This document shows, piece after piece, positions 22,299 to 33,165 of a DNA stretch of 64,000 nucleotides. Numbering within the stretch: the stretch's first letter is position 1; each line of letters begins with the position of its first letter. Both the position numbers and the translations under genes were made by a program. The DNA comes from an uncultured Verrucomicrobiae bacterium (GTDB lineage: Bacteria > Verrucomicrobiota > Verrucomicrobiia > Chthoniobacterales > Chthoniobacteraceae), in the NCBI GenBank assembly GCA_963769025.1, contig CAVYKI010000006.1, forward strand, positions 288,001 to 352,000. The letters are read 5' to 3'. Below the pieces are notes generated by a model. That model was not told the origin of the DNA and made no database searches. It saw only the letters and a program-made list of their open reading frames with translations.

Positions 22299-22877
22299 AT
22301 GACCTCCAGCGGGCCGCCCACAGTCCGGAAGACCTCGGTATACTCCCGTTCCAGGACTTTCCGTCTCGGCGTCTGGGCTCTCGCTGCTGCAAGTGCGATC
22401 ATCGGCTGACACGCCGTCACGGACGCCGTGGAGGCGGGAAAAGGGAAGCTGTCCACAGTCGAAGGAACCGTGCTGGAGCAGCGCGCGACTGAGACGCCGG
22501 GCGGCACGGTCGTGCGGATGAAAGGCGGCGGCACCAATCGCATCCAAGGCACCCGCAAGCTCACGACGCATCTCCGCATCCAGAAGCCGGACGGTACGGT
22601 GACCGAATTCACGGAACCGGATTGGTTTCGCACGCCGAAGGCAGGCTGGAAGGGGCAGCCGATCCGCGTGCAGCACGACGCTTTCAACAACCTCTACGAG
22701 ATCGAAGTCGCCGGTGAAGTCATCCGCGACGTGGCGACGACGCGCAAGAACCGGAAAATCGACAGCAAGAAGAACGATCCGCTGATGGTGTTCCTGATCG
22801 TGACGGGCGTTCCGCTTACAGCGATCGGCTATCTGCTCTCGCTGCGGGGCAGAAAGCAGCCGCAACCACAGGCGTAG
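22299..22877 (+). pseudogene. DUF3592-like two-TM membrane protein with an in-frame TGA at 22407-22409
   Basis: ATG 22299 is in frame with ORF 22428..22877 and reads ...LGVWALAAASAIIG*HAVTD..., then TVEGTV, a beta-rich domain and a C-terminal TM helix. Confidence 0.6.
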
Positions 22878-23066
22878 CGCCGCTGCTTTTCGGGAGCGTC
22901 CACAAAGCTGACCGAGGATGCTGGCCATTCCGCGAGCCGCAGGAGGTTCCGCTTCAGCCGGCTCGCGATTCGTGCGCTTTGCCCACCCCGTTTCGAATGA
23001 TGTGTGACTGCTTGCTTCGATGCGTCCGGCTTGTTGCCTGCCTCAGGGTTTGTTAGGAATGCACGC

Positions 23067-23945
23067 ATGCTGAGCCCCCTGTCTTCGCATCGCATTGCCA
23101 TCCTCGCGCTTTGCTGGCTGGCCTCCGGTTTCTTCTGCGCGACCGGCGGCGAAGCAGGTTTCCGGCGCTTTGCGCACACGATCTCACCCGATGGCGCATA
23201 CGTCCTCGCATGGGGCTGGGGTGAGGATGAACATCCCGAGAAGCTGAAGGAATGGCCGCCCGGCGCCGATACCGCAGGGGATTCCGTTGCGAACTTTCTC
23301 GTCGATGCCATCCGCGGACAAGTGCTGGCCGCCATTCCCGAACGCGATCATTTCCAAACATCCGACGGGCGATGGAAGCGGTTCAGCGGGCTCGCGGCCT
23401 CATGGTCGGAGGACAGCCGGACGGCGCTCGCGATCTACGAAGGGCGATGGAGTGATGAATCGATCCTCTGGATCGACCCGAAGAAGCGGACCTTTGTCGA
23501 ACTGCTCCCGAAGCTGACGGAAGCCTACGCGCGCTTCCTCGCGAAAAAGGAGAACGTCGCGGAGGCGGGCGAGATTTCCTTCAGCCTGCCGGCGATCCTG
23601 GCCGGCGGAGTGCTGGTGCTCGATGCGCGCGCACGGCCGCAGGTGAACAAGCCGCCCGAATACACTTACCGCCTCAAGTTCCAAGTGAAGATCGCTCGTG
23701 ACGAGCCCACATGCACGCTGCTGGGCGGACACAAAATCGGCGAGCCGCCGGAAGATGGGAAGGTCGAGGACGAACTGAACAAGGCATACCAGCAACTGCG
23801 GAGCAAATTGAACGAAGCCGGGCGTGCGACGTTGGAGGAAGCGCAAGTGCGCTGGCTCAAACCACGCGAGGCTCTCGGCGAATCGGACTGGATCTTCTTC
23901 ACCCGCATGCGCGCAGCCTTCCTCCGCGCGCGCCTTGAGAATTAG
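23067..23945 (+). CDS. Secreted protein with a C-terminal LprI/DUF1311-like helical domain
   Basis: EDELNKAYQQLRSKL...LEEAQVRWLKPRE matches the LprI pattern; hydrophobic N-terminus. Confidence 0.72.
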   Translation: MLSPLSSHRIAILALCWLASGFFCATGGEAGFRRFAHTISPDGAYVLAWGWGEDEHPEKLKEWPPGADTAGDSVANFLVDAIRGQVLAAIPERDHFQTSDGRWKRFSGLAASWSEDSRTALAIYEGRWSDESILWIDPKKRTFVELLPKLTEAYARFLAKKENVAEAGEISFSLPAILAGGVLVLDARARPQVNKPPEYTYRLKFQVKIARDEPTCTLLGGHKIGEPPEDGKVEDELNKAYQQLRSKLNEAGRATLEEAQVRWLKPREALGESDWIFFTRMRAAFLRARLEN

Positions 23946-23966
23946 CCCGGCAGACGCTCTCAGGCC

Positions 23967-24434
23967 ATGGAGATTCCCATCGCTTCAATGCCAGCGTGGC
24001 TGCCCGTCGTCATCGTCGTCGCGTTCCCGCTGTACTTTGTCTTGTTGTGGTCCGGCGTTTGCCTGCTGATTTCGGCCATCGGCGGTTGGGGCCGTCTCGC
24101 CAAAAAATATCCCGGCTCGCCGGCGCCGAAGGGAACGCGCTTTTCCTGGCAGAGTGGAAGGTTCGGCTTGGCGAAATACAACAATGTCCTGATGATCCAC
24201 GTGTCGCCGGAAGGGCTGCACCTCGCGGTCGCGCGGATCTTTCGCTTCCGGCACCCGCCGCTATTCATCCCGTGGAACGAGATTCGCAACGCGTCGGTGC
24301 GCCGCGTCTTTCGGACGGAATACGTGGAGTTCGAAGTCGGCTCTCCAAAACTCGCGACGCTGCGGTTGCCCAGGGAGATTTTTGAGAACGCACGGTCATG
24401 GCTGGAGGACGCCCTGCGTCATGGAATGGGATGA
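23967..24434 (+). CDS. Hypothetical membrane protein
   Basis: N-terminal TM, GGWGRLAKKY, FRHPPLFIPWNEI (bacterial PH-like pattern). Confidence 0.75.
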   Translation: MEIPIASMPAWLPVVIVVAFPLYFVLLWSGVCLLISAIGGWGRLAKKYPGSPAPKGTRFSWQSGRFGLAKYNNVLMIHVSPEGLHLAVARIFRFRHPPLFIPWNEIRNASVRRVFRTEYVEFEVGSPKLATLRLPREIFENARSWLEDALRHGMG

Positions 24435-24810
24435 CCTCACTCAGTCGCCACCCCTCGCCGGGCACCGGTTCATGTGTGACCAGTGTGGCGCGCAGGCGGA
24501 CGTGGTGCAGCTATTTGGTTCCTCGAAAGAGGCTGTCGTCGTGCGGGCGAACTTCCCCAGTCGCCTGAGCGCCCGCGTGCCTCTGGGGTCCCTTGCCGGG
24601 TATCGGCAGGCAATCCTCGCAGGCGACATCGGCGAGCTTTATCGTCTCGATGCCGAGGTCGGTTCCTTTTTCTGCCCGACCTGCCAGAAATGCTACTGCG
24701 CAAATCATTGGAGAAAATGGGATGTCTTCGACGACGACGATGGCTGGGTCTGGCACGACTGCACCATGGGTCGCTGCCCGCTCGGCCATGAACGAATGCT
24801 GCAGGACTGA
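24421..24810 (+). CDS. Hypothetical Cys/His-rich (putative zinc-binding) protein
   Basis: CDQC...CPTCQKCYCANHW...CTMGRCPLGH; overlaps the upstream stop. Confidence 0.7.
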   Translation: MEWDDLTQSPPLAGHRFMCDQCGAQADVVQLFGSSKEAVVVRANFPSRLSARVPLGSLAGYRQAILAGDIGELYRLDAEVGSFFCPTCQKCYCANHWRKWDVFDDDDGWVWHDCTMGRCPLGHERMLQD

Positions 24811-24894
24811 ACGGCGCGCCCCGGCCGGAGACGGGGAGTCGGCGCAGACGCATTCGCTGGCGAAGACAGTGGAGAAATTCCCCGGCCGCTGCGC

Positions 24895-26373
24895 GGCACA
24901 GCAGCGCCTTGATCGCGTCGGCACCCTCGACGCCGGTGAGCTTCTGGTCGAGGCCGCCGTAGAAGTAGCTGAGCTTTTCCGGGTCGAGACCCATGAGCGT
25001 GAGCGCGGTGGCGTGCAGGTGCTTCACGTGGAATTTGTCGCGCACGGCGGCTGAGCCGAGTTCGTCCGTCTCGCCGATGCTCTGTCCGCCCTTCACGCCG
25101 CCGCCGGCCATCCACATGGTGAAGCCGTAGGCATTGTGATCGCGCCCCGTGCCTTTCGCGTATTCGGCGGTCGGCTGGCGGCCGAATTCTCCGCCCCAGA
25201 TGATCAGCGTGCTGTCGAGCAGGCCGCGCTGTTTGAGATCCTTGAGCAGGCCGGCGATGGGCTTGTCGGTCCGCCCGGCGTGGAAGTTGTGATTCTTCTC
25301 GATGTCGGTGTGCGCGTCCCAGTTGTCGTCGTTGTGCGCGCCGCCGGAGTAGAGCTGGATGAAACGCACGCCGCGCTCGACCATGCGCCGCGCGAGCAGG
25401 CAGCGGCGCCCGAACTCCTCCGTCTTCGGATCGTTCATGCCGTAGAGTTCCTTCGTCGCTTCGGATTCCTTCGCGAGGTCCACGGTCTCGGGCGCGTGGA
25501 GCTGCATCTTCGCGGCGAGTTCGTAGCTCGCGATGCGCGCGGCCAGGTTCGTGTTGTCCACGCGCGGCGCTTCGTGCTCGGCGTTGTATTCGCGCAATGT
25601 GTCGAGCATGCGGCGCTGCATCGCGCCGGTCATTCCGTCGGGCCGGTTCAGGTCGAGGATCGGGTCGCCCGCGGATCGCAGGATGGTCCCCTGGTAGGTC
25701 GCCGGCATGTAGCCGCTCGACCAGTTCTTCGCGCCGCTGATGGGGCCGCCTTTCGGATCGAGCATCACGACGAAGCCGGGCAGATTTTCGCTCACGCTGC
25801 CGAGACCGTAGTTCACCCACGAGCCGAGGCACGGGCTGCCGGAAAGGATGCGCCCGGTGTTCATCTGCAGCATCGCCGAGCCGTGGATGGGCGAGTCGGC
25901 GGTCATCGAGTGGAGGAACGCCATGTCGTCCACGCACGTCGCGAGATTTGGAAAAAGATCGCTCACGTGCTTGCCCGCATTGGCCGTACTGCTTGAACGC
26001 CCATTTCGGACCGACTACGCGCCCTTCGTTCTTTTTGCCGCCGCGGCCAAAGGTTTTCACCTGGATCGTTTTCCCGTCGAGCGGGTCGAGCGCGGGCTTG
26101 TGGTCGAACGTGTCCACCTGGCTCGGGCCGCCGTACATGAAGAGGAAAATCACGCTCTTCGCCTTCGGCGCGAAGTGCGGCTTCTTTGGCGCGAGCGGAT
26201 TCGCGAATGGCGTGACTCCGTCGGCGGCGATCAGCCTGCGTGTTGAGAAATTTGTCGAGCGACAGCAGGCCAGTCAGCGCGAGTCCGGTGAAGCCGGAGC
26301 CGGCTTCCCACAGGAATTCGCGGCGCGTGCGATGGCAGAAGCTTCCGGGCGAGGGGTGTGGTTGATGAGACAT
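24895..26373 (-). CDS. DUF1501-family protein, Tat-exported (frameshifts near 26230 and 25966; stop uncertain)
   Basis: TRREFL Tat motif, VIFLFMYGGPSQVDTFD, LARRMVERGVRFIQ, WDAH, GGEFGR, GRDHN. Confidence 0.9.
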
Positions 26374-26386
26374 GTCAGCGGTCCGG

Positions 26387-28864
26387 TCAGTCGAGATAGA
26401 GAAACTCGTTCAAGTTCAGGGCGAGCAGGCAAAATGATTTCAGCGCGGCGTCCGGTGATGCACCGTCCGCTTTCTGCAGCGCCTCGATGAAGGCGACCCC
26501 GCGCTGGATCTCCGCATCGCCCGGCGGGCGGGAAGTGGCGAGGTTCAGCGCGAGGCGGACCTGGCGCGCGATGTCGGAGCCGGCTTCGCGGCGGAGGCGG
26601 TCGGCGAAATTTGCCGGCCTGTTCGTTGAGGAACGCGCTGTTGAGCATCCCGAGCGCCTGCGTCGGCTGCGTGGAGGCGAAGCGCACGGGCGTGGAGCGA
26701 TCGGTCTCGGCGAGGTCGAAGCTCGCGAGGATCGGCGTGAGCAGCGAGCGCTTCACGAAAATGTAGATGCTGCGGCGCGACTGCTCCTCCGGCGACGACT
26801 TGCCCCAGCCGCTGCCGGGTCGCGATTGCCCGGCGAGCACTTCCTTCGGGATGTCCACGTAGATGCCCGGGCCGAACATTCCGGGGTTCAGCGTTCCCGT
26901 CGTCGCGAGGATCGAGTCGCGGATTTCCTCCGCGGTGAGACGGCGCATGTCGAAGTGCGAGAGCAGATCGTTTTGTGGATCGGCCTTGAGCGCCGCGGCG
27001 CCAGGGCGCGAGGACATGCGGTAGGTGTTCGAGGTGAGGATGAGCCGGTGCAGCGCCTTCAGCCGCCAGCCCTTTTCGACAAACTCCGACGCGAGCCAGT
27101 CGAGCAGTTCCGGGTGCGTGGGCGTGTCGCCCTGCACACCGAAGTTGTTTGGCGAACGGACGATCCCGCGCCCGAAGTGATGCTGCCAGACGCGGTTCAC
27201 CATCACACGCGCGGTGAGTCGGTTGTCCTCCGACGCGATCCAGTCGGCGAGGGCGAGCCGCCGGCCCGAGGATTTCGCGGCAGGGGGAGCGACGATCGCG
27301 GGCGCTGGCGGATCGAGCACTTGCAGGAATGCGGGTTCCACCTTGTCGCCCTTGTTCGCGGGGTTGCCGCGCATCAGCACAAACGTCTCCGGCGGCTTGG
27401 GGCCCGCCTCGGTGACGGCCAGCGCGATGTCGCCGGTGGACTTGTCCTTCAACAGGTCGGCCAGTTCCTTGGACAACTGCTTGTAGCGCTCGAATGCCTC
27501 CTTTCCAAGGACGCGCAGCCCTTCGCGCTTGATGAGCCTTGCGATATCCGCCTCCGCTTCCTTGCCCGGTCCGTGGAGGGTGAGGAAGTGCTCCTCGAGT
27601 TCGGTGATTCGCGACCGCAGCCCTTCGCGCTTTTCCACTGCGGCGCGCATCGGATCCTTTGCGCCGGCGACGGCGGGCGCGAGCGGCAGCGGCACCTCGT
27701 CGGTCGGGCCGCCGTTGCGATAGTGGTTCACGTTTTGGAAAAACGAGAGCATCGCGTAGTAGTCGCGCTGTGCGATGGGATCGATCTTGTGGTCGTGGCA
27801 GCGCGCGCAATCGACGGTGAGCCCGAGGAATACCTGCCCGGTGGTCGCGAGGATGTCGTCGAGCATGTCGAAGCGCGCGAGTTCGCGGTCGGCCGGTTCA
27901 TCGTCCCAGATGCCGAGCCGGTAGTAACCGGTCGCGGTGATGCTGTCGGCGGTCGCGTGCGGCAGTTCGTCGCCCGCGAGTTGTTCGCGGATGAAGCGGT
28001 CGTACGGCTTGTCGTCGTTGAACGAGCGGATGACGTAATCGCGGTAGCGCCACGCGCGCGGCTTTGCGCCATCGCGCTCGTAGCTGTTTGTCTCCGCGAA
28101 ACGCACGAGGTCCAGCCAATGCCGGCCCCACTGTTCGCCGTAGCGCGGGGATGTGAGCAGGCGATCGACGAGCGCTTCCCACGCCTTCGGAGACTTGTCG
28201 GCGACGAAGGCCTCGACTTCCTGCGGCGTCGGCGGGAGCCCGGTGAGGTCAAAGTAAACGCGGCGCACGAGCGCGCGTTTGTCGGCGGGCGGATTCGGCG
28301 CGAGGCCTTTCGCTTCGAGCTTTTCGAGGACGAAGGCGTCGATGGGGTTTCCTGCCCACGCGTCGTTCTTCACTACGGGCGGCGCGGGCTTTTTCACCGG
28401 GCGGAATGCCCAGTGCGCTTTGTCCTTGTCGGTGATCTTGAATTCCTTCTTCGCGCCGCGACCGCGGGCTTGTCGCCGCCCGGCCACGGCGCGCCCATCT
28501 TGACCCACTCGGTGAGGTCGGCGATTTGCTGTTCGCCGAGTTTTTTCTTCGGCGGCATCTGGAGGTCTTCGTTCTTCCAGCCGACGGCGCCGACTATCAG
28601 GCTCTTCTCCGGTACGCCGGACACGAAACCGGGGCCGGTGTCGCCGCCTTTGAGCAGGCTCACGCGGCTGTCGAGCAGCAGCCCGCCCTTCACCTTGTCC
28701 GCATCCACGCTGTGGCACTTGTAGCAATGATCCGCGAGCAGCGGACGGATCCGCTTTTCAAAAAACTCCGCCTCCTGCGGCGTCGGCTCTGCGGCGCGCA
28801 GAAAAAGGCCGCCTGCTGCGAGCAGGAGCCCGAATGCCGTGACTGGCCGGGGAAACATCCGCAT
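26387..28864 (-). CDS. Planctomycete-type cytochrome c + DUF1549 + DUF1553 protein (frameshifts near 28455 and 26610)
   Basis: FFEKRIRPLLADHCYKCH, HWAF, NPIDAF, YGEQWGRHWLD, CARCHDHKIDP, TARVMVNRVWQHHFGRG, THPELLDWLA. Confidence 0.92.
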
Positions 28865-28873
28865 GCGCACAGG

Positions 28874-29824
28874 CTATTTTTTTTCGCCGAGCACCGCCAC
28901 CACGGGCGTCGAATTGCCGAAGTTCGTGAAGTCCTTCCACGTCCAGACGACTTTCTTCTCCGGCGTGATTTCGATGAGCTGCGGATTTGCCGGCCCTGCA
29001 TGGCAGTTGCCGATGATCGTGTTCCCATTCGCCAGCCGCTCGACGCGCGTGACCCACGCGAGCGTGATGCCCGGCAGATCGTTCTGCTCCACCTTCCACA
29101 CGATTTCCTTCGCGGGCGTCACCTCCAGCACGCTGTGGCCGTTGCCGGTGCCGATGAGCGTGTTGCCATTCGCGAGCCGCACCGCGCTGAAGAGCTTGTT
29201 GCCCCACGCCTCCGGCCCGTGCCCGCCCTTGGGCGCCTTGTCGAAGAGCGGCACCTCGTATTCCCACACGATTTTCCCGCCCGCATCGTACTCGCGCACG
29301 AAGCCGTCGCTCTCCTGCGCGACGAGATAGTTGCCGTTCGCGAGCTTGCGCACGAGCCGCGTGTCGCTGTGCGTGCTGGGGCGATTCACCTTGAGCTTCA
29401 CCTCGTGTTTCACGGCCCCGTCCTTGTCCACCTCGACGATCCGCGCCGGGCCCGACTCGGCGATCATCGTGAGCCCGTTGTCGAGCCGCTGAAAGGCGTG
29501 GACCTCGACGCGCTTCCCCGCGTTCGCCTTCGCCGCATCGTACTCCCAGACCACCTGCTTGTCGGGCGTCACCTCCTGCACCTTCGCCCAGCCCTGCTGC
29601 AGGAGGATGTTTCCATTCGGCAAAATGTGCGCGTCGTGGATCGCGCCGACCTTGATTTCCCACTCAAGCTTCCCGTCAGCTCCGACGATCGCGAGCCGGC
29701 GCGTCGAGTCGTCGCCGGCGAGAACCCGCCGGGCCGGACCCGTCTGTTCCGAACGGGCGATGGAAGCAAGCGCAGTGAGGACGAGTGCGGCGACCAGAGG
29801 GAGGGAAACCGGAAGATGAGGCAT
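28874..29824 (-). CDS. Secreted beta-propeller protein (PQQ-like/arylsulfotransferase-like repeats)
   Basis: Signal peptide; repeated (R/K)LxNGNxL(I/V)...EVxxxxxxVW units. Confidence 0.82.
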   Translation of the reverse strand: MPHLPVSLPLVAALVLTALASIARSEQTGPARRVLAGDDSTRRLAIVGADGKLEWEIKVGAIHDAHILPNGNILLQQGWAKVQEVTPDKQVVWEYDAAKANAGKRVEVHAFQRLDNGLTMIAESGPARIVEVDKDGAVKHEVKLKVNRPSTHSDTRLVRKLANGNYLVAQESDGFVREYDAGGKIVWEYEVPLFDKAPKGGHGPEAWGNKLFSAVRLANGNTLIGTGNGHSVLEVTPAKEIVWKVEQNDLPGITLAWVTRVERLANGNTIIGNCHAGPANPQLIEITPEKKVVWTWKDFTNFGNSTPVVAVLGEKK

Positions 29825-29925
29825 AGGACGGAACCAGCCCGCGATGGTGCGCGAACTTAGGGTCTTCCTCGGAAGCCCTGCGGCATTCGCACCGCAATCA
29901 CGAGCGGAGCGGGCGCGAGTTGCAT

Positions 29926-31113
29926 TTATCGCTTGGCCGGCGCAGGCACGGGAGTCGGCTGATTTTCGAAGATCTTTTTGATCCGTTCATTGAAGCTGGG
30001 GGTCGGCGTCGGTGTCGGTGTCTTGGAGAGGATGGGGGCAAACGGATCCGTGGCCGGATTCATGCGGCCGAGGCCCGTGGAAGGTTTTCCACCGAGTGCC
30101 GGTGCCAGCGGGGAAGTCGGATTCTTGGAAGAGGGCGGGGCAAACGGGTCCGCAAACGGGATCGTGGCCGGGTTCTTTCGGTCGAGGCCTGGGGTGAGTT
30201 TTCCACCAAGTGGCGATGCCGACGGGAGAGTCGGGACGGGTGTTGGTGCAGGCCGGACCATCAGTTCGGCTTGGCTGCCGCCGGGCTTGAGATCCTTCCA
30301 ATCGGTCATCCCTGCGCCGGTGGGCCATGGGGTCACGGGTTTGTAAGGAAACGGGAGACCCGGCGCGGGTGTGGGCTTGCGGAAGTAGTCCGTGACCTTG
30401 GCGATGGCGTACCGGCCACCTGTCACGGCTCCGTACAGAATCGCGCCCCAGAAAACGAGGGCGAACACGGCGAATAAAACGTTCTGCACGATCTCTTTCC
30501 ACTCCGTCTCCGCTTTCGCCGGCGAGGGGAGGGGTGCCGGAACTGGAGTCGGCTCAGGCGCGGGTGCGGGAAGCGGCGCGGTGACGACGGCATCAGATTT
30601 CGGCACCGCTTTCGTTTTGCGTTCCGGCCTCTTTGAAGGCTCCGCGATGATGCGTGTGATCTGCTCCCGCAGGTGATCGACGTCGCGGTGAAAGTCCGGA
30701 TCCGGACGCACGGCCTGGCCGTTCTTGAACGCCAGGTCGCGGATGCTCTCCGGCAGGTCGTATGCGCCCGGCATCTCGGCGTGACGGCAGAGGATGGGAA
30801 TGACGCGCACGTTCTTTGTGCCGAGCGCGAGCTCGATTTCGACACGGACATGATCCGCCGCGTCGTCGAGCCGGCGCCGATCCTGCATGTCGGTGATCGT
30901 GAGCCAGTCCGGGCCGATGAGCACGAGGACCACGCGGGCCACGGTGAGCTTCTGGCGCACGTGTTCGCGAAAATCCACGCCGAGCGGAATCGAATCCAGA
31001 TCGCGGAACACCGTGCCGGCAGGAAACTCGCGGCTGAGGCGATCGAAGATGCGTCCCGCCGTCTCGCCGCTGTCGTCGCGGCGGTAGCAGATGAAGACGG
31101 TTTCCTCGGCCAT
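29926..31113 (-). CDS. TIR-domain protein with a single TM helix and a Pro-rich tail
   Basis: VFICYRRDDS, VFRDLDSIPLGVDF, LVLIGPDW, DHVRVEIELAL, VIPIL; TM NVLFAVFALVFWGAILYGAV. Confidence 0.9.
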   Translation of the reverse strand: MAEETVFICYRRDDSGETAGRIFDRLSREFPAGTVFRDLDSIPLGVDFREHVRQKLTVARVVLVLIGPDWLTITDMQDRRRLDDAADHVRVEIELALGTKNVRVIPILCRHAEMPGAYDLPESIRDLAFKNGQAVRPDPDFHRDVDHLREQITRIIAEPSKRPERKTKAVPKSDAVVTAPLPAPAPEPTPVPAPLPSPAKAETEWKEIVQNVLFAVFALVFWGAILYGAVTGGRYAIAKVTDYFRKPTPAPGLPFPYKPVTPWPTGAGMTDWKDLKPGGSQAELMVRPAPTPVPTLPSASPLGGKLTPGLDRKNPATIPFADPFAPPSSKNPTSPLAPALGGKPSTGLGRMNPATDPFAPILSKTPTPTPTPSFNERIKKIFENQPTPVPAPAKR

Positions 31114-31567
31114 GAGGTTCTTCTATCGCGGGGCCCGCGTTTTGGCAACGGCGGCGGAGGGAAGGGGCAGACCCGAATACCGCACGTTCCTCGAGTGCCA
31201 ATGAGCCCCGTGGGGCGCGGTCCGGCTGCGTCACTCAGGCACGGCATACCACCTCCGGTCAGTTGGTGCAGCGAGTTGCCAGTGGGTGCGACGTCGAGTC
31301 GGTCGATTTTCTGGAGATGAATCGGGATTCGGGGCCAAATATATTAATCGGCAATCGAGGTTGCAGGGAAAACGACTGGCGCCAACGCCTGTAAATAATA
31401 TATTTTTTAGACGGTGATTTTATTATGATTTTACTGGGCCTCAGGGCTTGGATATCAACCTGCGCGTTCGGGGCATTAACCGAGCAACACCGGCAGGTCG
31501 GCGGCGGAATGATTTCGCGGCGGATTGTCTCCCGGTGAAAACACAAACCAAAAACAAGGAAACAGGA

Positions 31568-33124
31568 ATGAAAACACCAAGTCAGAACCCAGTACGTCTA
31601 TCCCTATGGTCGCTGCTCGTGGCGCTCTCCAGCGCAACGGGCTTTGCGGCTACACTCAATGTGCCTAGCGGGCCATATCCCACCATCCAGTCCGCGGTGT
31701 CCGCGGCAGTTGCGGGTGACACCGTTCTCGTCGCGCCGGGCACCTACAACGAGAACGTGACAATCACCAAGAACATCAAACTGTTCTCCAGTGGCGGTCG
31801 TGCGGTGACCAATATCCAAGGCCAGCAAGCCGGCCCGGAACTGGGCGCGGTGGTCGTGACAAACAACACAACCGGTGTGGAAATTGGCGCCATCAGCCAG
31901 GGTTTCACGATTGTGGGACTCGACGGTCCTCCCGGGATCGAGCGGGCGGCGATCTACTTCCAAGGAAACCACAGCAACGCCAAGGTCATCGGCAACAATG
32001 TCCAGGCCAACGGCGATGAAGCACTCGTGACTGAGTTCGGCGTGACGATCAGCGGATTCGTGATCACGGACAACGAATTCAGCGGCCAGACGTTCGTTGG
32101 GCTGACGCCTGGGGACGAGGGATTCACCAATCAATTCACCGCGCCCAATGTCCCGCGCCAGCTAGTGGTCATGGGCGGCGGCAACGGCGGCGGGAATCAC
32201 TCGAACATCACGTTCAGCAATAACACCATCACGGGCGTTGCCGGTGGCATCAATGCCTCCAATCAGGAGCAGGGCAATACCCTGGTGACCATCGACGCGA
32301 ACGGTGTCACGGCAAGCAACAACGTGTTCCAAGGCACGACCACCCGCCAGGGCGCCAGCCTGCGGGTGAGGGGCCCGAACTCCACCGTCACATTCAATGA
32401 CTTCGACGGCGGGAGCCCGATCGGCGTCGTGGTCGGCAACGTCGCGGCGGCGACGTCGCAGGTGAATCACAATCGCATCCTCAACCATCCGCTCGGCGGC
32501 GTGATCAACAATGGTGTCATTGCGTTCGTCGATGCCACCTGCAACTGGTGGGGTGCGTCCGACGGTCCCTCGGGTGCTGGCCCAGGATCAGGCGACACCG
32601 TCGGCCCGGCGGTGAACTTTTCCTCATGGCTCGTTTCCTCCGACCTCAACGGCCCATGCATCGGGGGCGCCGCGCCGCGCACGGTCAAGCAGGCGCTGGT
32701 GACCGATCTGGAGGACCTCCTGCCCACTGGCAACAAGGATGCCGACAAACGCCTCGAAAAGGCCATCAAGGATCTGATCGAGAGCCTCGACAACAAGTAT
32801 TGGGCGGACAATTCGCACCTGACCAAGTATGGAAAGAAGGTGTTCGATCGGGAAAAGCAGACCTCGTCGGAACTCTCGAAGATCGGCCTTCCGTTGCCGG
32901 TCGTCGCCAATGCCCAGATCGCGCTGATCTACGCAGACCAGCAGCTCGCGCAGATTGCCCTGGACGCGGCGATCACCGGAAACGGCGATGCCAAGAACAT
33001 TGCCAAGGCACAGGAGGATCTGGCCAAGGCTGCGGACTATCTTGGCGAGGGTAAGATCGACAAGGCGATCGAATCCTACGGCAAGGCGTGGGAGGAAGCC
33101 CGCAAAGCGCTGAACCTAAACTAA
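31568..33124 (+). CDS. Secreted right-handed beta-helix (pectin-lyase-like) protein with a C-terminal helical domain
   Basis: Signal peptide; YPTIQSAVSAAVAGDTVLVAPGTYNENV; Asn-ladder repeats; DATCNWWG..DGPSG. Confidence 0.82.
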   Translation: MKTPSQNPVRLSLWSLLVALSSATGFAATLNVPSGPYPTIQSAVSAAVAGDTVLVAPGTYNENVTITKNIKLFSSGGRAVTNIQGQQAGPELGAVVVTNNTTGVEIGAISQGFTIVGLDGPPGIERAAIYFQGNHSNAKVIGNNVQANGDEALVTEFGVTISGFVITDNEFSGQTFVGLTPGDEGFTNQFTAPNVPRQLVVMGGGNGGGNHSNITFSNNTITGVAGGINASNQEQGNTLVTIDANGVTASNNVFQGTTTRQGASLRVRGPNSTVTFNDFDGGSPIGVVVGNVAAATSQVNHNRILNHPLGGVINNGVIAFVDATCNWWGASDGPSGAGPGSGDTVGPAVNFSSWLVSSDLNGPCIGGAAPRTVKQALVTDLEDLLPTGNKDADKRLEKAIKDLIESLDNKYWADNSHLTKYGKKVFDREKQTSSELSKIGLPLPVVANAQIALIYADQQLAQIALDAAITGNGDAKNIAKAQEDLAKAADYLGEGKIDKAIESYGKAWEEARKALNLN

Positions 33125-33165
33125 GATCACGGGACCGGGGGCAGCCCGGACCGCGACTTGGCGAG

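Noticed and set aside
21138..22306. Terminal inverted repeats and target duplication for the IS5 element
   Set aside because: Only weak matches. One candidate overlaps host-gene repeat sequence and another (near 22300) is the start of the next gene, so the ends were not called.
22407..22409. In-frame TGA as selenocysteine or an alternative genetic code
   Set aside because: It sits at the end of a TM helix where Trp (TGG) fits. TGA is a normal stop for many genes here and no SECIS-like context was recognised. A point mutation or base-call error is more likely.
22878..24810. Integron cassette array
   Set aside because: No attC-type RYYYAAC...GTTRRRY boundaries and no integrase seen; some of the genes overlap.
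26487..28724. 745-aa plus-strand ORF
   Set aside because: Antisense shadow of the DUF1549/DUF1553 gene.
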